A stretch of 64,000 nt of DNA from an uncultured virus (IMG/VR IMGVR_UViG_3300035034_004488) (lineage: Duplodnaviria; Heunggongvirae; Uroviricota; Caudoviricetes): the IMG/VR virus record IMGVR_UViG_3300035034_004488; one strand, 5' to 3'. Made by a program: the position numbers and the translations under genes. The notes under the pieces are model-generated. The model was given only the letters and a program-made list of their open reading frames with translations. It was not told where the DNA came from and did not search any database. Below, piece by piece: positions 20,311-30,642 of the stretch; within the stretch, counting starts at the first letter, position 1; every line of letters starts with the position of its first letter.

Positions 20311-20850
20311 TCAGGACCGCGTAGCGAGCAATCCGGAGGCCTTGGACAGGCTGTAGATCTTTGACCGGTCCAGCCCGCCCCGCTCTTCGAGGAGGATGTC
20401 CCGGTCTACGTCTCGACGAGAACCATACACGATCAAACTCTCAAGGCCCACGCGTGATGCCTTGAGGACCTCACGCGTGCTCAACACCTGCCAGAAGGCG
20501 CGAGAGCCGCACACCGTACCTTCGAGGTTCTGCCCACGGTACACCACGACCTGATCCTCGCGAGGCGCGACCATGTACGCAAGACCAAGGGGCCTCATGA
20601 TCGGGTAGGAGATGAAGAGTACGTCGTAACGCGGCGCAAGGTAGAGATGCTCTTCAAAGTATCCCCGCTGCCATGAAAGCCGAGGGTCTCGACCCAGGGC
20701 GTCGCGGTCGGAGTCAGGCACCGGGCTCTTGTCCAGGCAATGCACCGAGCGCGCCCCCAGCTCCAGGAGAGCCCTGGCATCTCGGAGATTGCCCGCGCCC
20801 AGCTCCAGAACCGTCCGCCCCTCGACATACTCTCGCAGTATCTCTTCCAT
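20311..20850 (-). CDS. Class I SAM-dependent methyltransferase-like protein
   Basis: VLELGAG motif I, then VHCLDK and YDVLFISYP. GGAGG RBS before ATG 20850. Confidence 0.7.
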   Translation of the reverse strand: MEEILREYVEGRTVLELGAGNLRDARALLELGARSVHCLDKSPVPDSDRDALGRDPRLSWQRGYFEEHLYLAPRYDVLFISYPIMRPLGLAYMVAPREDQVVVYRGQNLEGTVCGSRAFWQVLSTREVLKASRVGLESLIVYGSRRDVDRDILLEERGGLDRSKIYSLSKASGLLATRS

Positions 20851-20910
20851 GCGTACCTCCAATAGGAGGAGAGCGTAGCACACTGGAACGGAAGACGTCA
20901 AGAACCCTCT

Positions 20911-21624
20911 TTAAACGCCGGGAGACTCCACACACTCCATGGTCGTGTAGGACTTCCAGTGCCAATTGCTCCTCACAGGTTGGAAGTTCCACGCACCAAA
21001 CGCATCCACGATGTATGCGCCGTTGTCACACTCGCATAGGTACATCGACTTCACCCAGTCTTCGATGGTGTACGCGTCTTGCTCCGGGAAGGCACCCCAA
21101 GCACGAAGACGTTGGTGCAAGACCTCTCGAACCTCGCGACTGCGTAAATAGGAACGGAGCACCTCCAGGTAGTGCTCCAACACGCACCGATAAAGCGGAG
21201 ACGAGGCCGCGTCGACGGCCTTTTTAGCTGTCCGAGCGTAGATGTCCTGGACATGCTCGAACAGGTTCGCCTTCCCCTTGACCTTGTAGCCCGACACCCC
21301 CACCCCAAACAGCACCGGTTCACCCTCCAAGGACGCCGGGGCCTTCAAGTCCAGCAGGATCGCGCCGCTAAAGGTTCCCCTCTTGCCTTTCTTACGGTCG
21401 AATTCGCAGAAGAGGGTCATACCCCCGTACACCCCCTTCAGGCTAAAAGAGATCAAGCGGTTCGCAGCCTCAAGGCTGCACTTGAGGGGCAAGGTTGAGA
21501 CCTCACGCGCGCGTCGCAGGCGCGACTGACACCAATCCAACTCTTCAGACAACACCAGGGGCATAACGGGTCTCCTCGTCCAGAACGAGATACGACCATA
21601 CCCCAGCGAACTAAGCCATGTCAA
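20911..21624 (-). CDS. Hypothetical protein
   Basis: 237-aa ORF; likely start 21564 (MPLVLSEE) after an AGGAG RBS. Confidence 0.6.
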   Translation of the reverse strand: MTWLSSLGYGRISFWTRRPVMPLVLSEELDWCQSRLRRAREVSTLPLKCSLEAANRLISFSLKGVYGGMTLFCEFDRKKGKRGTFSGAILLDLKAPASLEGEPVLFGVGVSGYKVKGKANLFEHVQDIYARTAKKAVDAASSPLYRCVLEHYLEVLRSYLRSREVREVLHQRLRAWGAFPEQDAYTIEDWVKSMYLCECDNGAYIVDAFGAWNFQPVRSNWHWKSYTTMECVESPGV

Positions 21625-21645
21625 GCGACGCCAGCACGGTAGAGA

Positions 21646-22317
21646 TCACACTCGGTCAAGGAAGCCCGGTGTCTTGATGGTACGTTGGACTGTGTTGAAG
21701 AGGCTGGCATCGCGACGCAACCTCGTCATGTACGCCTCCACCTCTTCGTGCGTGCGCGCCGACAGGGGCGCGTTCGTGAGCCGCACGGCATTGCGAGGGT
21801 CGTCTACGAGCTTGTGCACTCTCAGGACGCTCGACCCCAGCTCATAGAGACACTCATCCGAACGCTCCTCAGTCAACACCAACCCCATATCCTCCTCCAG
21901 GAGGCGCTTGAGTGTGGGGTGCATCTCCTGCGCCGCGAAGCTCTTGAACAGGTAGGGAGTCTCCTGGAACCTGTAGCCGATGTATGCGTTTTCAAAGCTC
22001 TCCGCCAAGCGATACAAGGGACTGTCACGGGTGTAGGAGGCCGCTACCTCTGCCGGAGACTCAAACACCACCGACGCGTTATGCGTCATCAACATCATGG
22101 AGAGGTAGCGCCCCCCTTCTACCCCCACGTAGTCGGACGCGGTGAAGACGATACGTATACGACTGCCGATGTCGGCATACTGGTCGTATCCAATGTGAAG
22201 CGTAACATCAGGACCCGAGACTGTTATGTTGAAGGCGTAAAAGCCCCCCTCAACCACCTGCCGGGAGACGTTCACGGCGAAGTCGTTTGGGTCCTCGAAC
22301 ATCATGTACTTGGACAT
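21646..22317 (-). CDS. Hypothetical protein, distant member of paralog family C
   Basis: C-terminal RLRRDASLFNTVQRTI helix, GGAGG RBS, promoter at 22340-22368. Confidence 0.65.
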   Translation of the reverse strand: MSKYMMFEDPNDFAVNVSRQVVEGGFYAFNITVSGPDVTLHIGYDQYADIGSRIRIVFTASDYVGVEGGRYLSMMLMTHNASVVFESPAEVAASYTRDSPLYRLAESFENAYIGYRFQETPYLFKSFAAQEMHPTLKRLLEEDMGLVLTEERSDECLYELGSSVLRVHKLVDDPRNAVRLTNAPLSARTHEEVEAYMTRLRRDASLFNTVQRTIKTPGFLDRV

Positions 22318-22398
22318 TGTACCTCCGTTATGAACACCACCCTACCACAAAGGGGTTAGACGTGTCAAAGGAAATACGCAAGGGATCTACCTTACCCT

Positions 22399-23157
22399 TC
22401 ACGACCCTCCAGATGCGTAAGGGCTGAGGATACGACGCAGCGTCTCAAACGTCGCGAGGTCCGATCGAAGGTCTTCCACCTGACGACGCATCACCTGTGG
22501 GTCGTGCGTAGATAGAAGATTAGTCGGACCGCACAGAGGGTCGAGATAGCGCTCCGGGAACATGGTGAGGCTGGTACCTCGGGGCAACGTCCACAGGTGA
22601 CCCATCCCATCGTAGGTATCTTCCAAATCCGTACAGCCGAGGTCCGTCAAGATCCGCGACGCCTCTTCGTCCAGCGGAGGCAGACCCTCAAAGCCTCTCC
22701 ACATGTACCTGTTGGGCGCATCATCCTTCGCATCCCCTTCCACCGCAGGAATCGCCCAGATAGACGGGATCTCCAGGGCGTCAAAACGCTCCAGGACCCC
22801 ACAATGCTGCTGGAACCTTCCATCCCTCTCACCCTCGCTTACATCACGATACACCACGTCAGCCAGGACGTTCTCCATCTCGTCACGTGTGTAGACTGCG
22901 CTCCCGTTACACATGTGATACCGAGGACGCACCAGGGTGACCATGCGGCGTAACTCTTGGTGGTACGTGTAGTACCCCACGCGATAGCAGGTGACATCTA
23001 CCGCCCAGATATCCTCTTCCCACTCGTCTGCGAGTCGAGGAGGTCTTATAGTGAGGCATCGTTTCCCCAACGCAACGCCCACCCTCTCGCCAGAAGTGAA
23101 GGCCTCGTCAAACGCGTCCTGAAACGCCGTTACGAGCGCCTCCATGCTGCTTATCAT
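22399..23157 (-). CDS. Hypothetical protein, paralog family C
   Basis: LTDLG...LWTLP...DLATFETLRRIL; promoter at 23185-23213. Confidence 0.65.
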   Translation of the reverse strand: MISSMEALVTAFQDAFDEAFTSGERVGVALGKRCLTIRPPRLADEWEEDIWAVDVTCYRVGYYTYHQELRRMVTLVRPRYHMCNGSAVYTRDEMENVLADVVYRDVSEGERDGRFQQHCGVLERFDALEIPSIWAIPAVEGDAKDDAPNRYMWRGFEGLPPLDEEASRILTDLGCTDLEDTYDGMGHLWTLPRGTSLTMFPERYLDPLCGPTNLLSTHDPQVMRRQVEDLRSDLATFETLRRILSPYASGGS

Positions 23158-23228
23158 GCGTACCTCTCGTGTAGTCTCCCGGACATGTACCACAACACCA
23201 CACAGACGGTCAAGTAAAGTTCAGACTG

Positions 23229-23264
23229 GCGTTTGGAACAGCGTTTGGAACAGCGTTTGGAACA
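23229..23264. repeat. 12-bp tandem repeat x3 (gcgtttggaaca), intergenic
   Basis: Three exact adjacent units. Confidence 0.95.
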
Positions 23265-23294
23265 GGGTCAGGTGCGCGGTGAAGGGTGTAGACA

Positions 23295-23843
23295 TCACTC
23301 ACCCCCCCAGAACGTACGCTGGAACGTGTCGAACATCTCGGAGGTCCACCGCATCAGGTCGAGCTTCTTTCGCAGCTCATCCCCGGAGAAGCAGACGTGT
23401 TTTTGCGCTTCGACAATCAGCTTGGGCAGCAGATCTGGATCATGGTAGACCACGACCTTACCCGGCAAACCTTGGGGAAGCCTCCACGCCTCCACCTCGG
23501 TGCAGTAGGTCCTCTCATTGGGAGGCCTGAACCGTGTCCGGCGATAGCCTTGCTCCAGGAGGAAGCGTTCAACCGCATCCTCCAAGGGGCGGGTGCGTAC
23601 CGTCTCCCTCCAGTAGAGATTCTGCCTCTTGAAGTGGATATGCCCGCAGTTACGGAGCACCTTAGCCTGTGGAAACCCCCACCAAGGACCAAGAGGGCTG
23701 TACTCATTCCGGCACTTGAAGTCCAATAGCTCCACGCGCCCGTACGCACGATGGTCCACCTCGCCCCAGGAGTTCACGAACTCCGTCTCCAGACCCGCAT
23801 CTTTCAGGGCTTGATGAGTCTTCAGCAGGCATTCGACGATCAT
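23295..23843 (-). CDS. Hypothetical protein, paralog family C
   Basis: HRAYGRV...DPDLLPKL...MFDTFQRTFW; promoter and leader at 23862-23910. Confidence 0.7.
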   Translation of the reverse strand: MIVECLLKTHQALKDAGLETEFVNSWGEVDHRAYGRVELLDFKCRNEYSPLGPWWGFPQAKVLRNCGHIHFKRQNLYWRETVRTRPLEDAVERFLLEQGYRRTRFRPPNERTYCTEVEAWRLPQGLPGKVVVYHDPDLLPKLIVEAQKHVCFSGDELRKKLDLMRWTSEMFDTFQRTFWGGE

Positions 23844-23960
23844 AGCAGGCTCCGAGGGTCTTTGTGTTATCTTACACCTACTATATACCACAAGGAGAGC
23901 GGTGTGTAAAGACTTTCTACAGGGAACCTCCGCCCCAGAACGTGTCTTCAAGGGCTCCCA

Positions 23961-24719
23961 TCACTCCTCTCCTGCCCTGCGAAGGGAGACATAGAGGCGC
24001 TTGAAGTCGTCCCACTGACGCTCCATGCTCTCCAGGAAGTTTGCCAGCGTGCGTTGCGTGTCCAGAGTTGCGCGGAGGCGTGAGGACCCTGTGATGTGCA
24101 CGGGCTCCGACGCAAAATAGGGCACACGATTGGTGTACATGAGCTGGGGTAAGACCACGGCACAGAAGCCAGTACCGTACGCTACCGACGACGTGGTGAG
24201 GTAAGGCCCCCAATCCGGCAGGACGCGAACAACCTGTGGAAGCTGAGGGACAACGTAGCCCTCAAGGATCTGCTTGAAGTACGGGTCCCCTCCAAAGCCG
24301 TACCAACACAACTCGCCCTCCGCCACATCCCCCAGCTCGCCTTCAGGTTCCCACCGCTCCCCGTCTTCAACACTGCCACGAGTCACGACCCGCACGTCGC
24401 CAAAGATCCCCATGAAATCCGTGAAGTCAGCCACCACGATGTCCCGATGCGCCACGTCTTCATACTCCTCCCTTCCGTAGTTCTGATACAACTTCAGGTT
24501 CTCCAAGGAGTACACGTAGGTATCGGGGCAAACGTCCCAGGAGAACAGGCTCCCTACGCCATCTTCAAAGGTGAAACAGTAATTCAGACCGGAAGCCCCC
24601 GCCCAATGCATTTGGGTCGAGTCCACCCTTCGGACCGCCCAATCGGGTCGCATCTTTTCCAAATACTCCGCCATCGCTTGCACCGCGTCGTCCCCGTTCT
24701 CGTACTCGACCTTGAACAT
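23961..24719 (-). CDS. Hypothetical protein, possible distant family C member
   Basis: About 252 aa; promoter at 24751-24778; C-terminal LRATLDTQRTLANFL helix. Confidence 0.65.
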   Translation of the reverse strand: MFKVEYENGDDAVQAMAEYLEKMRPDWAVRRVDSTQMHWAGASGLNYCFTFEDGVGSLFSWDVCPDTYVYSLENLKLYQNYGREEYEDVAHRDIVVADFTDFMGIFGDVRVVTRGSVEDGERWEPEGELGDVAEGELCWYGFGGDPYFKQILEGYVVPQLPQVVRVLPDWGPYLTTSSVAYGTGFCAVVLPQLMYTNRVPYFASEPVHITGSSRLRATLDTQRTLANFLESMERQWDDFKRLYVSLRRAGEE

Positions 24720-24784
24720 CTCATGCCTCCGTGTCCACGTTATACCTCCCATATACCACAAAAGACGGGTAACGTAAAGAATCT

Positions 24785-25375
24785 CTACGACCAGAACGTG
24801 CGCAGCAGGAGGTCGTAGAGGTCGTAGGTCTTACGGCGCGCATCCAACAAGGCTCGCGCGTCTTGCGTGGTGGTCGCGATCTCAAAAGACCTCCGAGCCT
24901 TACAGATCAAGAACGGGAAGAGATCACGGTCCGACGACACGCCCAAAGAGCAAGCACCCGGTAGCGTCCAGAGCCACGTCCCTCCGTGCCCAAGGTACTT
25001 CGGTGCGGGGTACCTCAGGTCCTCCAGGAAGCGTACGAGGTCCTCGGGAGCCTCCCAGCTCTCCTGGAACTTGAAGTACAGGGAGTCACCCTCGACCGAC
25101 GTGATCAGCGCCGACTCTCCAACTACATCCACCGCCATCGGGAACCTCTCCGCATAGACTTGGCGGAAGCGGGCGACACCTTGAGCCGTGTATGCCAGCG
25201 TCGGCACGAGTGGCATCGTTGGCTCGTGCACCCGAACGTCCAGCTCATACACCTCGCCGTACTCGCGATGATGCCTGCACCTCGGCAAAGGCCGCACTGA
25301 AATACCTCCACCCAGATCATACCTACGCCGTCTGGACAGCTCCAGATCACGTAGCAGCTCCAGTACGGTGGTCAT
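24785..25375 (-). CDS. Hypothetical protein, paralog family C
   Basis: HREYGEV...DRDLFPFL...YDLYDLLLRTFW. Confidence 0.75.
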   Translation of the reverse strand: MTTVLELLRDLELSRRRRYDLGGGISVRPLPRCRHHREYGEVYELDVRVHEPTMPLVPTLAYTAQGVARFRQVYAERFPMAVDVVGESALITSVEGDSLYFKFQESWEAPEDLVRFLEDLRYPAPKYLGHGGTWLWTLPGACSLGVSSDRDLFPFLICKARRSFEIATTTQDARALLDARRKTYDLYDLLLRTFWS

Positions 25376-25400
25376 CTCAGGTCCTTGGTATTCGGGGTCG

Positions 25401-25994
25401 TCACGCGCCCCAGAGTGTTCTCAAGATCAAGTCAAAGGAGTCCACCGCGCGCCGGTCCGCGTCCAAACACTTCCTGAGTGGTGCCGTGCTGCCTTCGTCC
25501 GTAGTCCGGGTCCACGCCCTCTCCAGGGTCATGCAAGGGAACAACTCACGGTCCGCGTACACGAGAAGGCTGCCTGAACCTTTCACCCACTTCGAGGCCC
25601 TACAAGAGCCATGCCTCGCCTGCCACGCGTAGCCCTGTGCGGTGAGGAAGCGTTTTACGTCTGTTGGAATCGACCGGCCACCATAGCTCGCATAGAGGGC
25701 ATACGACCCGCCATGTGGGGGAGCATGAAGAACCGAATCCCCAGGCGAATCGGCCCATCCCTCCAATGAGGGGCGATCTTCGATGAACTCGCAACTGTAC
25801 ACGTAGCCATGCGACCAGGAAATCAAGTCAGCAGAGACCGACTCCGGTAACACCTGCACATCAGCCACCAAGACCAGACCATGCTCGCGATGATACCCCA
25901 TGGAATGACTCTCTCGGGTTCGCACTACGTACCCCGTAGTCCCAATGGGCACCAACCTCCCCTCACCCTCCAGCGCCATCTTGAGCAACATCAA
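25401..25994 (-). CDS. Hypothetical protein, paralog family C
   Basis: HREHGLV...DRELFPCM...VDSFDLILRTLW. Confidence 0.75.
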   Translation of the reverse strand: MMLLKMALEGEGRLVPIGTTGYVVRTRESHSMGYHREHGLVLVADVQVLPESVSADLISWSHGYVYSCEFIEDRPSLEGWADSPGDSVLHAPPHGGSYALYASYGGRSIPTDVKRFLTAQGYAWQARHGSCRASKWVKGSGSLLVYADRELFPCMTLERAWTRTTDEGSTAPLRKCLDADRRAVDSFDLILRTLWGA

Positions 25995-26061
25995 CCTACC
26001 TCGAATGAGTCAGTGTGCTGGGTTGTACCACGCTGAAGCAACCCCTGTAAAGCGAAACCGC

Positions 26062-26688
26062 TCAAGCCCAACAGCTTCGCAGGAGCGTGTCGTAGACGTC
26101 GAGAGCCTTGCGTCGACTCAAGAGCCACTCACGCTCCCCGTCCGTGCTCTCAAACGTATGGGGAGGTTGGCCCCCCAAGACAGGATAGAGGTCGGGGTCC
26201 GCCGATACCGAGAGAGGGTGCCCATGCACCATCCAAACGGTGTAGGGCTCGGAATCATACTCCTCCATCTCCCAACCCATGTCCCCCAAGAGGCGAGCCA
26301 CGTGTTCGGGTGGATCACGGGTTTCGAGGTACTTGAAGTAGTCCGGGCTGACGGCGCTCCGGTTGGAGCTTACTACCCCCAGGTACTCCTCTCCCACGAG
26401 ATCCAAATAGACCTCTGGCAGGTACGACGTCGCTTCCATCTGGTCCTGACAATACGGGACCGCATCCCCGATGGCGACCATCCCCTCTTCGACATTGTAC
26501 ATATCAATCACGTGGTGCTCCGTATGGATGGGAGCAATGCGAATATCCATTTCGAGCACAGGTCCATGCGTTCGATGGTACCTCTGGACACTTTGTGTCG
26601 AATGCAAACAGAGACCTATGTCTCCTATGAGACATATAATGCCCTGGTGTTGTGTGTGAATGCCGGGAAGCATCTGCAACAACGTCAT
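26062..26688 (-). CDS. Hypothetical protein, paralog family C
   Basis: HRTHGPV...DPDLYPVL...RRKALDVYDTLLRSCW. Confidence 0.75.
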   Translation of the reverse strand: MTLLQMLPGIHTQHQGIICLIGDIGLCLHSTQSVQRYHRTHGPVLEMDIRIAPIHTEHHVIDMYNVEEGMVAIGDAVPYCQDQMEATSYLPEVYLDLVGEEYLGVVSSNRSAVSPDYFKYLETRDPPEHVARLLGDMGWEMEEYDSEPYTVWMVHGHPLSVSADPDLYPVLGGQPPHTFESTDGEREWLLSRRKALDVYDTLLRSCWA

Positions 26689-26898
26689 ACGTCCCCCAAG
26701 AGTGGTGCTCGTCCGCTGCGCTGTAGTGTCTTGAGATCTCGCATCACGGGCTCCTCGTCTACTGGGGGACCTACCTATACCACAACACGGGAGGGGGCGT
26801 CCACCGATGTCATCGTAAAAACGGTCTCACCAACTTCGACCCGTGACCTCGGCCCGCTCCAGTTCTCTCTGATCCTGTCGAACAAGCTCCCCATTCTC

Positions 26899-27534
26899 TC
26901 ACTCCTTTGCGTAGCATGTGCGAAGCAACGTATCGTAGGCGTCGAGCGAACGTCGGTTCTCATCCATCTGCGCGCGGACGTCCTCGCCCTGCCGCGCTTG
27001 GGTTCACACGACCACTCCGGCATGAGGTCGGGATTACACGAAACCCGGACGTAGCCCGACCCCAACTTCCATATGTTTTTCTCCCACCTCTCTACCCACT
27101 CGAACACATCCGAGAGGTCCTTAGCCTTCGAGATACGCACACCTCCCAGCTCCTCGAAGGAGCCGCACCACGGACTCGGGCACCTCCCTACGTGGCAGAA
27201 ACGCGTAGTAGTGAAGGGCTCCGTTGACCTCCCGGACCATGCTCGCACCCGGTTCGTCAATCCACCCCTCGTTGAACCCTGCCAAGTCTTTCGCGTCCCA
27301 TTCCCCAGGACAGTAGGGGAGACAGTAGTTGTGACCCGGCACCCCATAGGGAACCTTCAAGGACAATTCCACCGGCCGCACGAGCCCATACGTACGGTGA
27401 CGCTGCACACTCATTGCGGTGGTGCTCATAACCCCCCAACCCGCATCGAGATTGACGCTGCGACGGTTGACCCAGGCTGGACTGTGCAGCCTCTCCTCTT
27501 CCGCATCCCGTATCTGTTCCAAGATCGTCGTCAT
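26899..27534 (-). pseudogene. Family C paralog with two compensating frameshifts (pseudogene or sequence error)
   Basis: HRTYGLV...ESVVRLL lies in one frame, EELGG...NPDLMPE in a second, and MDENRRSLDAYDTLLRTCYAKE* back in the first. Shifts near 27157 and 27000. Confidence 0.7.
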
Positions 27535-27566
27535 CACGCACCTCCTTTTCCTAACCTCTCCGAGCA

Positions 27567-28232
27567 TTACCACACTCGCGACACGGCCATCACGTCCCCC
27601 CCTGAGTAACACGAACGGATGAGCGTGTCGTAGACATCGAGTGCCTTACGTCGACGGTCCAACCTCAACCGCGCCTCTCTCGTACCCCCAAGCAGTTGGA
27701 AAAACCCACTCTCTTCATAAAGGATTGGGTAGAGGTCGGGGTCTCCCAGGACACGAAGCGTGTACCCTTCGATGTCCCAGAACGTAGGGTTTACTCCTCG
27801 GCAGTACCCCATACCTTCGAGTATCTTGACCACCGAGGCTGGCGTCTCCTCCGTTGCCAGGAGCTTGGTGTAGAAGGGCTCACCCTTTCCAGGGGCATAC
27901 AGGACCTCCGAACCTCTCTCGTCCAACCACTCCGGGGAGAACGTCACCGGGTTTTCCCAAGGCGAGGTCCAGGGGGTCACCCACGGGAAGTCTGTACCTC
28001 GACTGTGACAGTTCCAGGAGCTGTTCTCATAGGTTGCGTCCTTCCATGGGCGGTATCCTCTCCCCTGGAGCGTTGAGTTGATACACCACTCGTATCGGAT
28101 GTGACCCGTACCTACGCCCGTCATGTCTATGCTGGCGTCTATGGGGACACATGGATGCAGCTTCCGCGAAGAGTACAACTGGGAGGTATCTTGAATGTTC
28201 AAGAGGTCACGCAAGCGTTGATGGATGGTCAT
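27567..28232 (-). CDS. Hypothetical protein, paralog family C
   Basis: DPDLYPIL...RRKALDVYDTLIRSCY. Confidence 0.75.
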   Translation of the reverse strand: MTIHQRLRDLLNIQDTSQLYSSRKLHPCVPIDASIDMTGVGTGHIRYEWCINSTLQGRGYRPWKDATYENSSWNCHSRGTDFPWVTPWTSPWENPVTFSPEWLDERGSEVLYAPGKGEPFYTKLLATEETPASVVKILEGMGYCRGVNPTFWDIEGYTLRVLGDPDLYPILYEESGFFQLLGGTREARLRLDRRRKALDVYDTLIRSCYSGGDVMAVSRVW

Positions 28233-29025
28233 GGAGGACTCGGGGCGTAGAGGGTATCAGGAGGTAGATCGCTCGAAATAGGCCCTACAGTCTCTTGGAA
28301 CACTCTCACCCAACTCCTCACCCGTGTTGGGGGATGAATACGGTGAGAGGGGCTATACGGAGCACGTGCCGGTCTCTTGGAGCCCTCCCCACAGGTTCGC
28401 ATGGGGGTCTCGAAGAGTTCCCCGGATATTTCCCACCTCTTGGGAGTAATAGGTAGGGTATTGTTTGAGGGGGTCCAAGCCGTGGTGGGTGGAGTGGGGT
28501 GGAGCCAGGGTATGGGTTGTCATGGGGGTATCTTACGGAGCTTCCACACCTGTACCTCATCTTGGGCTTGCCTGTCAAGTGGCTATAGAAGGTGCTCAAG
28601 GGACCTTTTTCGGGCCTGGGTGGCGGGCTCGTTACGCGTGAAAGGGTCGGCTGATTTCAACAGGGGGAGGCCGAAGGCCGGGGCGCAGCCCCTCCAAGCC
28701 CTTTATCGTCGTGATTTCAAAATCAGCGCAAAAAAGTCTACAAAAAGATAATCGGACCTGGGAGCAGGTTTTCACCTCCCCTATCGTCATACGACCAAAC
28801 GGGATCACAGCGTCCGGGAGCCTGGAGCCCTGTGATCGGGAGCCTGGAGCACCTCAAGAGGAGAGGCGTGATCACGGTCTTATGCGGGTGTGAGTACGGT
28901 TTTCCCCTGGGATTTGCAACGTGGTGGGCGCGCCGGAGGGCTCCGGGTTGGTTCGTTGGCTCTCTGAAGTTTCTATGAGGCGGGAGAGTGGACCATCCAT
29001 AACAATCTACAGCAGGGTACCCCTC

Positions 29026-29431
29026 ATGACGACGCTCAAGACTCAGCTCATCCGTCGGAAACACCAACCCCAGTCTCCGGGAAAACCTCAAGCCCGTGAT
29101 TGCCCACCTGGACGCACGCGCAAGGCAGGCGAGCCCGGATGATGAGGCGCTCAAGGCGGCACTTGAGCGTGATGTGAATAAGAAGATGCGGAGTGATCGG
29201 TCGATCAGCGGGGTTCGTGTCCAGCGCAAGGGCAACAGCCTCAAGGTTGAGTTCCGCATGACGCATCTGGGCTACACACCAGACAAATACTCCGTCCTCA
29301 ACCAGATGAACCAGATCCGCCAGGGCTTCTTGAGCCGCACCATCTTCCCCGAGTACCGTGACATCGTTAAGGGGACGCGTAACGGAAGCTCCTGGGAAAA
29401 CGAGATGGAGATCTACATCGACTTCAAGTGA
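29026..29431 (+). pseudogene. NPELR-tag protein with a frameshift at about 29056
   Basis: MTTLKTQLIR then +1-frame GNTNPSLRENLKPVIAHL aligns with MSDALKTELIRLGNANPELRKHLKPVIASV of 57109..57648. Confidence 0.75.
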
Positions 29432-29523
29432 TCCCCCCTCCGTACGTGTGACTCATACCAGAAGAACCCAGCCTCACCGCGTTCTGCGTACGGAGGCAGG
29501 GTCCTTTCGTCTTGGGGCCCGAC

Positions 29524-29760
29524 TCAGGACCGGGAGACCCTCTTGAGGTAGAGGTACGGCACCTTGCCCGCCTTCTCCCAGTCGCTCAGCGCGTGGTACT
29601 GGCCCCTGTTCTTGACCAGCGCGGGGTCGTGGTCCTCTCCGAGGGGGAGGCGGGAGTACACCAGCAGCTCGGTGGGGGTCAGGCTTCTGAGGCAGGCAGC
29701 GGTGACGCTGCGGTGTTGACGGCGATTCAGGCGAGGAGTGGTGGGAAGAGGCAGGGTCAT
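29524..29760 (-). CDS. Small hypothetical protein
   Basis: MTLPLPTT... after a GGAG RBS, downstream of the promoter at 29781-29830. Confidence 0.6.
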   Translation of the reverse strand: MTLPLPTTPRLNRRQHRSVTAACLRSLTPTELLVYSRLPLGEDHDPALVKNRGQYHALSDWEKAGKVPYLYLKRVSRS

Positions 29761-29780
29761 GGTGTGCTCCGGGTCTATTG

Positions 29781-29830
29781 TGTGTCGTCTCTCACCTACT
29801 CTATACCACAAGGGTAGGGAGGTGTAAAAA
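29781..29830 (-). promoter_or_regulatory. Promoter-leader cassette (leftward)
   Basis: On the minus strand: TTTACA...CTTGTGGTATAGAGTAGGTGAGAGACGACACA. Confidence 0.75.
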
Positions 29831-29851
29831 GAAAGTACGACACCTTTCGAG

Positions 29852-29910
29852 GAGATAGTTTTTACGGACCCACGTGCTTGTGGTATATAGTAGGTGAGAG
29901 ACGACACAGA
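29852..29910 (+). promoter_or_regulatory. Promoter-leader cassette (rightward)
   Basis: GAGATAGTTTTTACG-N17-TATATA with TGTGG extended -10, then TAGGTGAGAGACGACACAGA. Confidence 0.75.
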
Positions 29911-29947
29911 CCGCCCTATGAAGAGGGCACACCAAGAGGAGAACAGC

Positions 29948-30232
29948 ATGGGTGCAGCAGATTTCCAGACCAAAGCACGCAGCGAGAACGCACGAGCGGC
30001 CTTCCAGGCCGCTCGCGAAGAGGCTCAGCACGAGCATGGCCATGGCGGGTACACCGGGTCGATCACAGAGAAGGAGAGCTTCAAGGTCGTCACGCCCGAG
30101 GACGGGGAGACTCCCCAGGAGTGCTTGAAGCGTCATTGGGACCAGGGCACGTTCGACGATAAGTGGGGGCCTGCGGGATGCGTCGAGCTGGAAGAGGGCG
30201 TCTACATCTTCTTCGGTTACGCGAGCTGCTGA
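29948..30232 (+). CDS. Small phage hypothetical protein
   Basis: MGAADF...GHGGYTGSITEK...DKWGPAGC; GAGGAG RBS. Confidence 0.75.
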   Translation: MGAADFQTKARSENARAAFQAAREEAQHEHGHGGYTGSITEKESFKVVTPEDGETPQECLKRHWDQGTFDDKWGPAGCVELEEGVYIFFGYASC

Positions 30233-30286
30233 CGCTCCTGTCCCTGACGCTCCTGTCCCTGACGCTCCTGTCCCTGACGCTCCTGT
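30229..30286 (+). repeat. 15-bp tandem repeat x~3.9 (ctgacgctcctgtcc) starting at a stop codon
   Basis: Exact adjacent units without spacers. Confidence 0.95.
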
Positions 30287-30340
30287 TCGAGAGCACACTC
30301 CGCCCCCCGTATAGGGGGCTACAACCAAGAGGAACGATCC

Positions 30341-30631
30341 ATGAGTTACCCTGAACTGACCCTGAGCGGAGACGAGCTGGCCACCTACTGTGACGATCTG
30401 GCCGCCACAGGCATCCGGGCGCGCGCAGACTACGTGTTCTATGACGACTCTGAGCCTGAGGAGGCCTATGAAGACCTCTCGCCCGAGAGCAAGAGGCGCT
30501 ACGACTACCTCATCCTCCGTGGGGACGCCCTCAAAGCACGTCTTGACGGTCGCATAGCCGAGGCGTCTCGCCTGGAGGACAACGCGGAGCGGCTCGTGGA
30601 CCTGATTCTGGAAGGGGATGGCTTGGACTGA
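30341..30631 (+). CDS. Small acidic hypothetical protein
   Basis: 96 aa with GAGGA RBS. Confidence 0.7.
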   Translation: MSYPELTLSGDELATYCDDLAATGIRARADYVFYDDSEPEEAYEDLSPESKRRYDYLILRGDALKARLDGRIAEASRLEDNAERLVDLILEGDGLD

Positions 30632-30642
30632 GGGGTAGCGTG

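Noticed and set aside
28233..29025. tRNA genes or the ORF 28318..28599 in the non-coding island
   Set aside because: No cloverleaf or T-loop/CCA pattern was found by eye. The ORF has atypical Pro-rich composition and no RBS.
30229..30286. Possible CRISPR array (also 23229-23264 and 51183-51220)
   Set aside because: Units are 12-15 bp, directly adjacent and spacer-less, and no cas genes are present.
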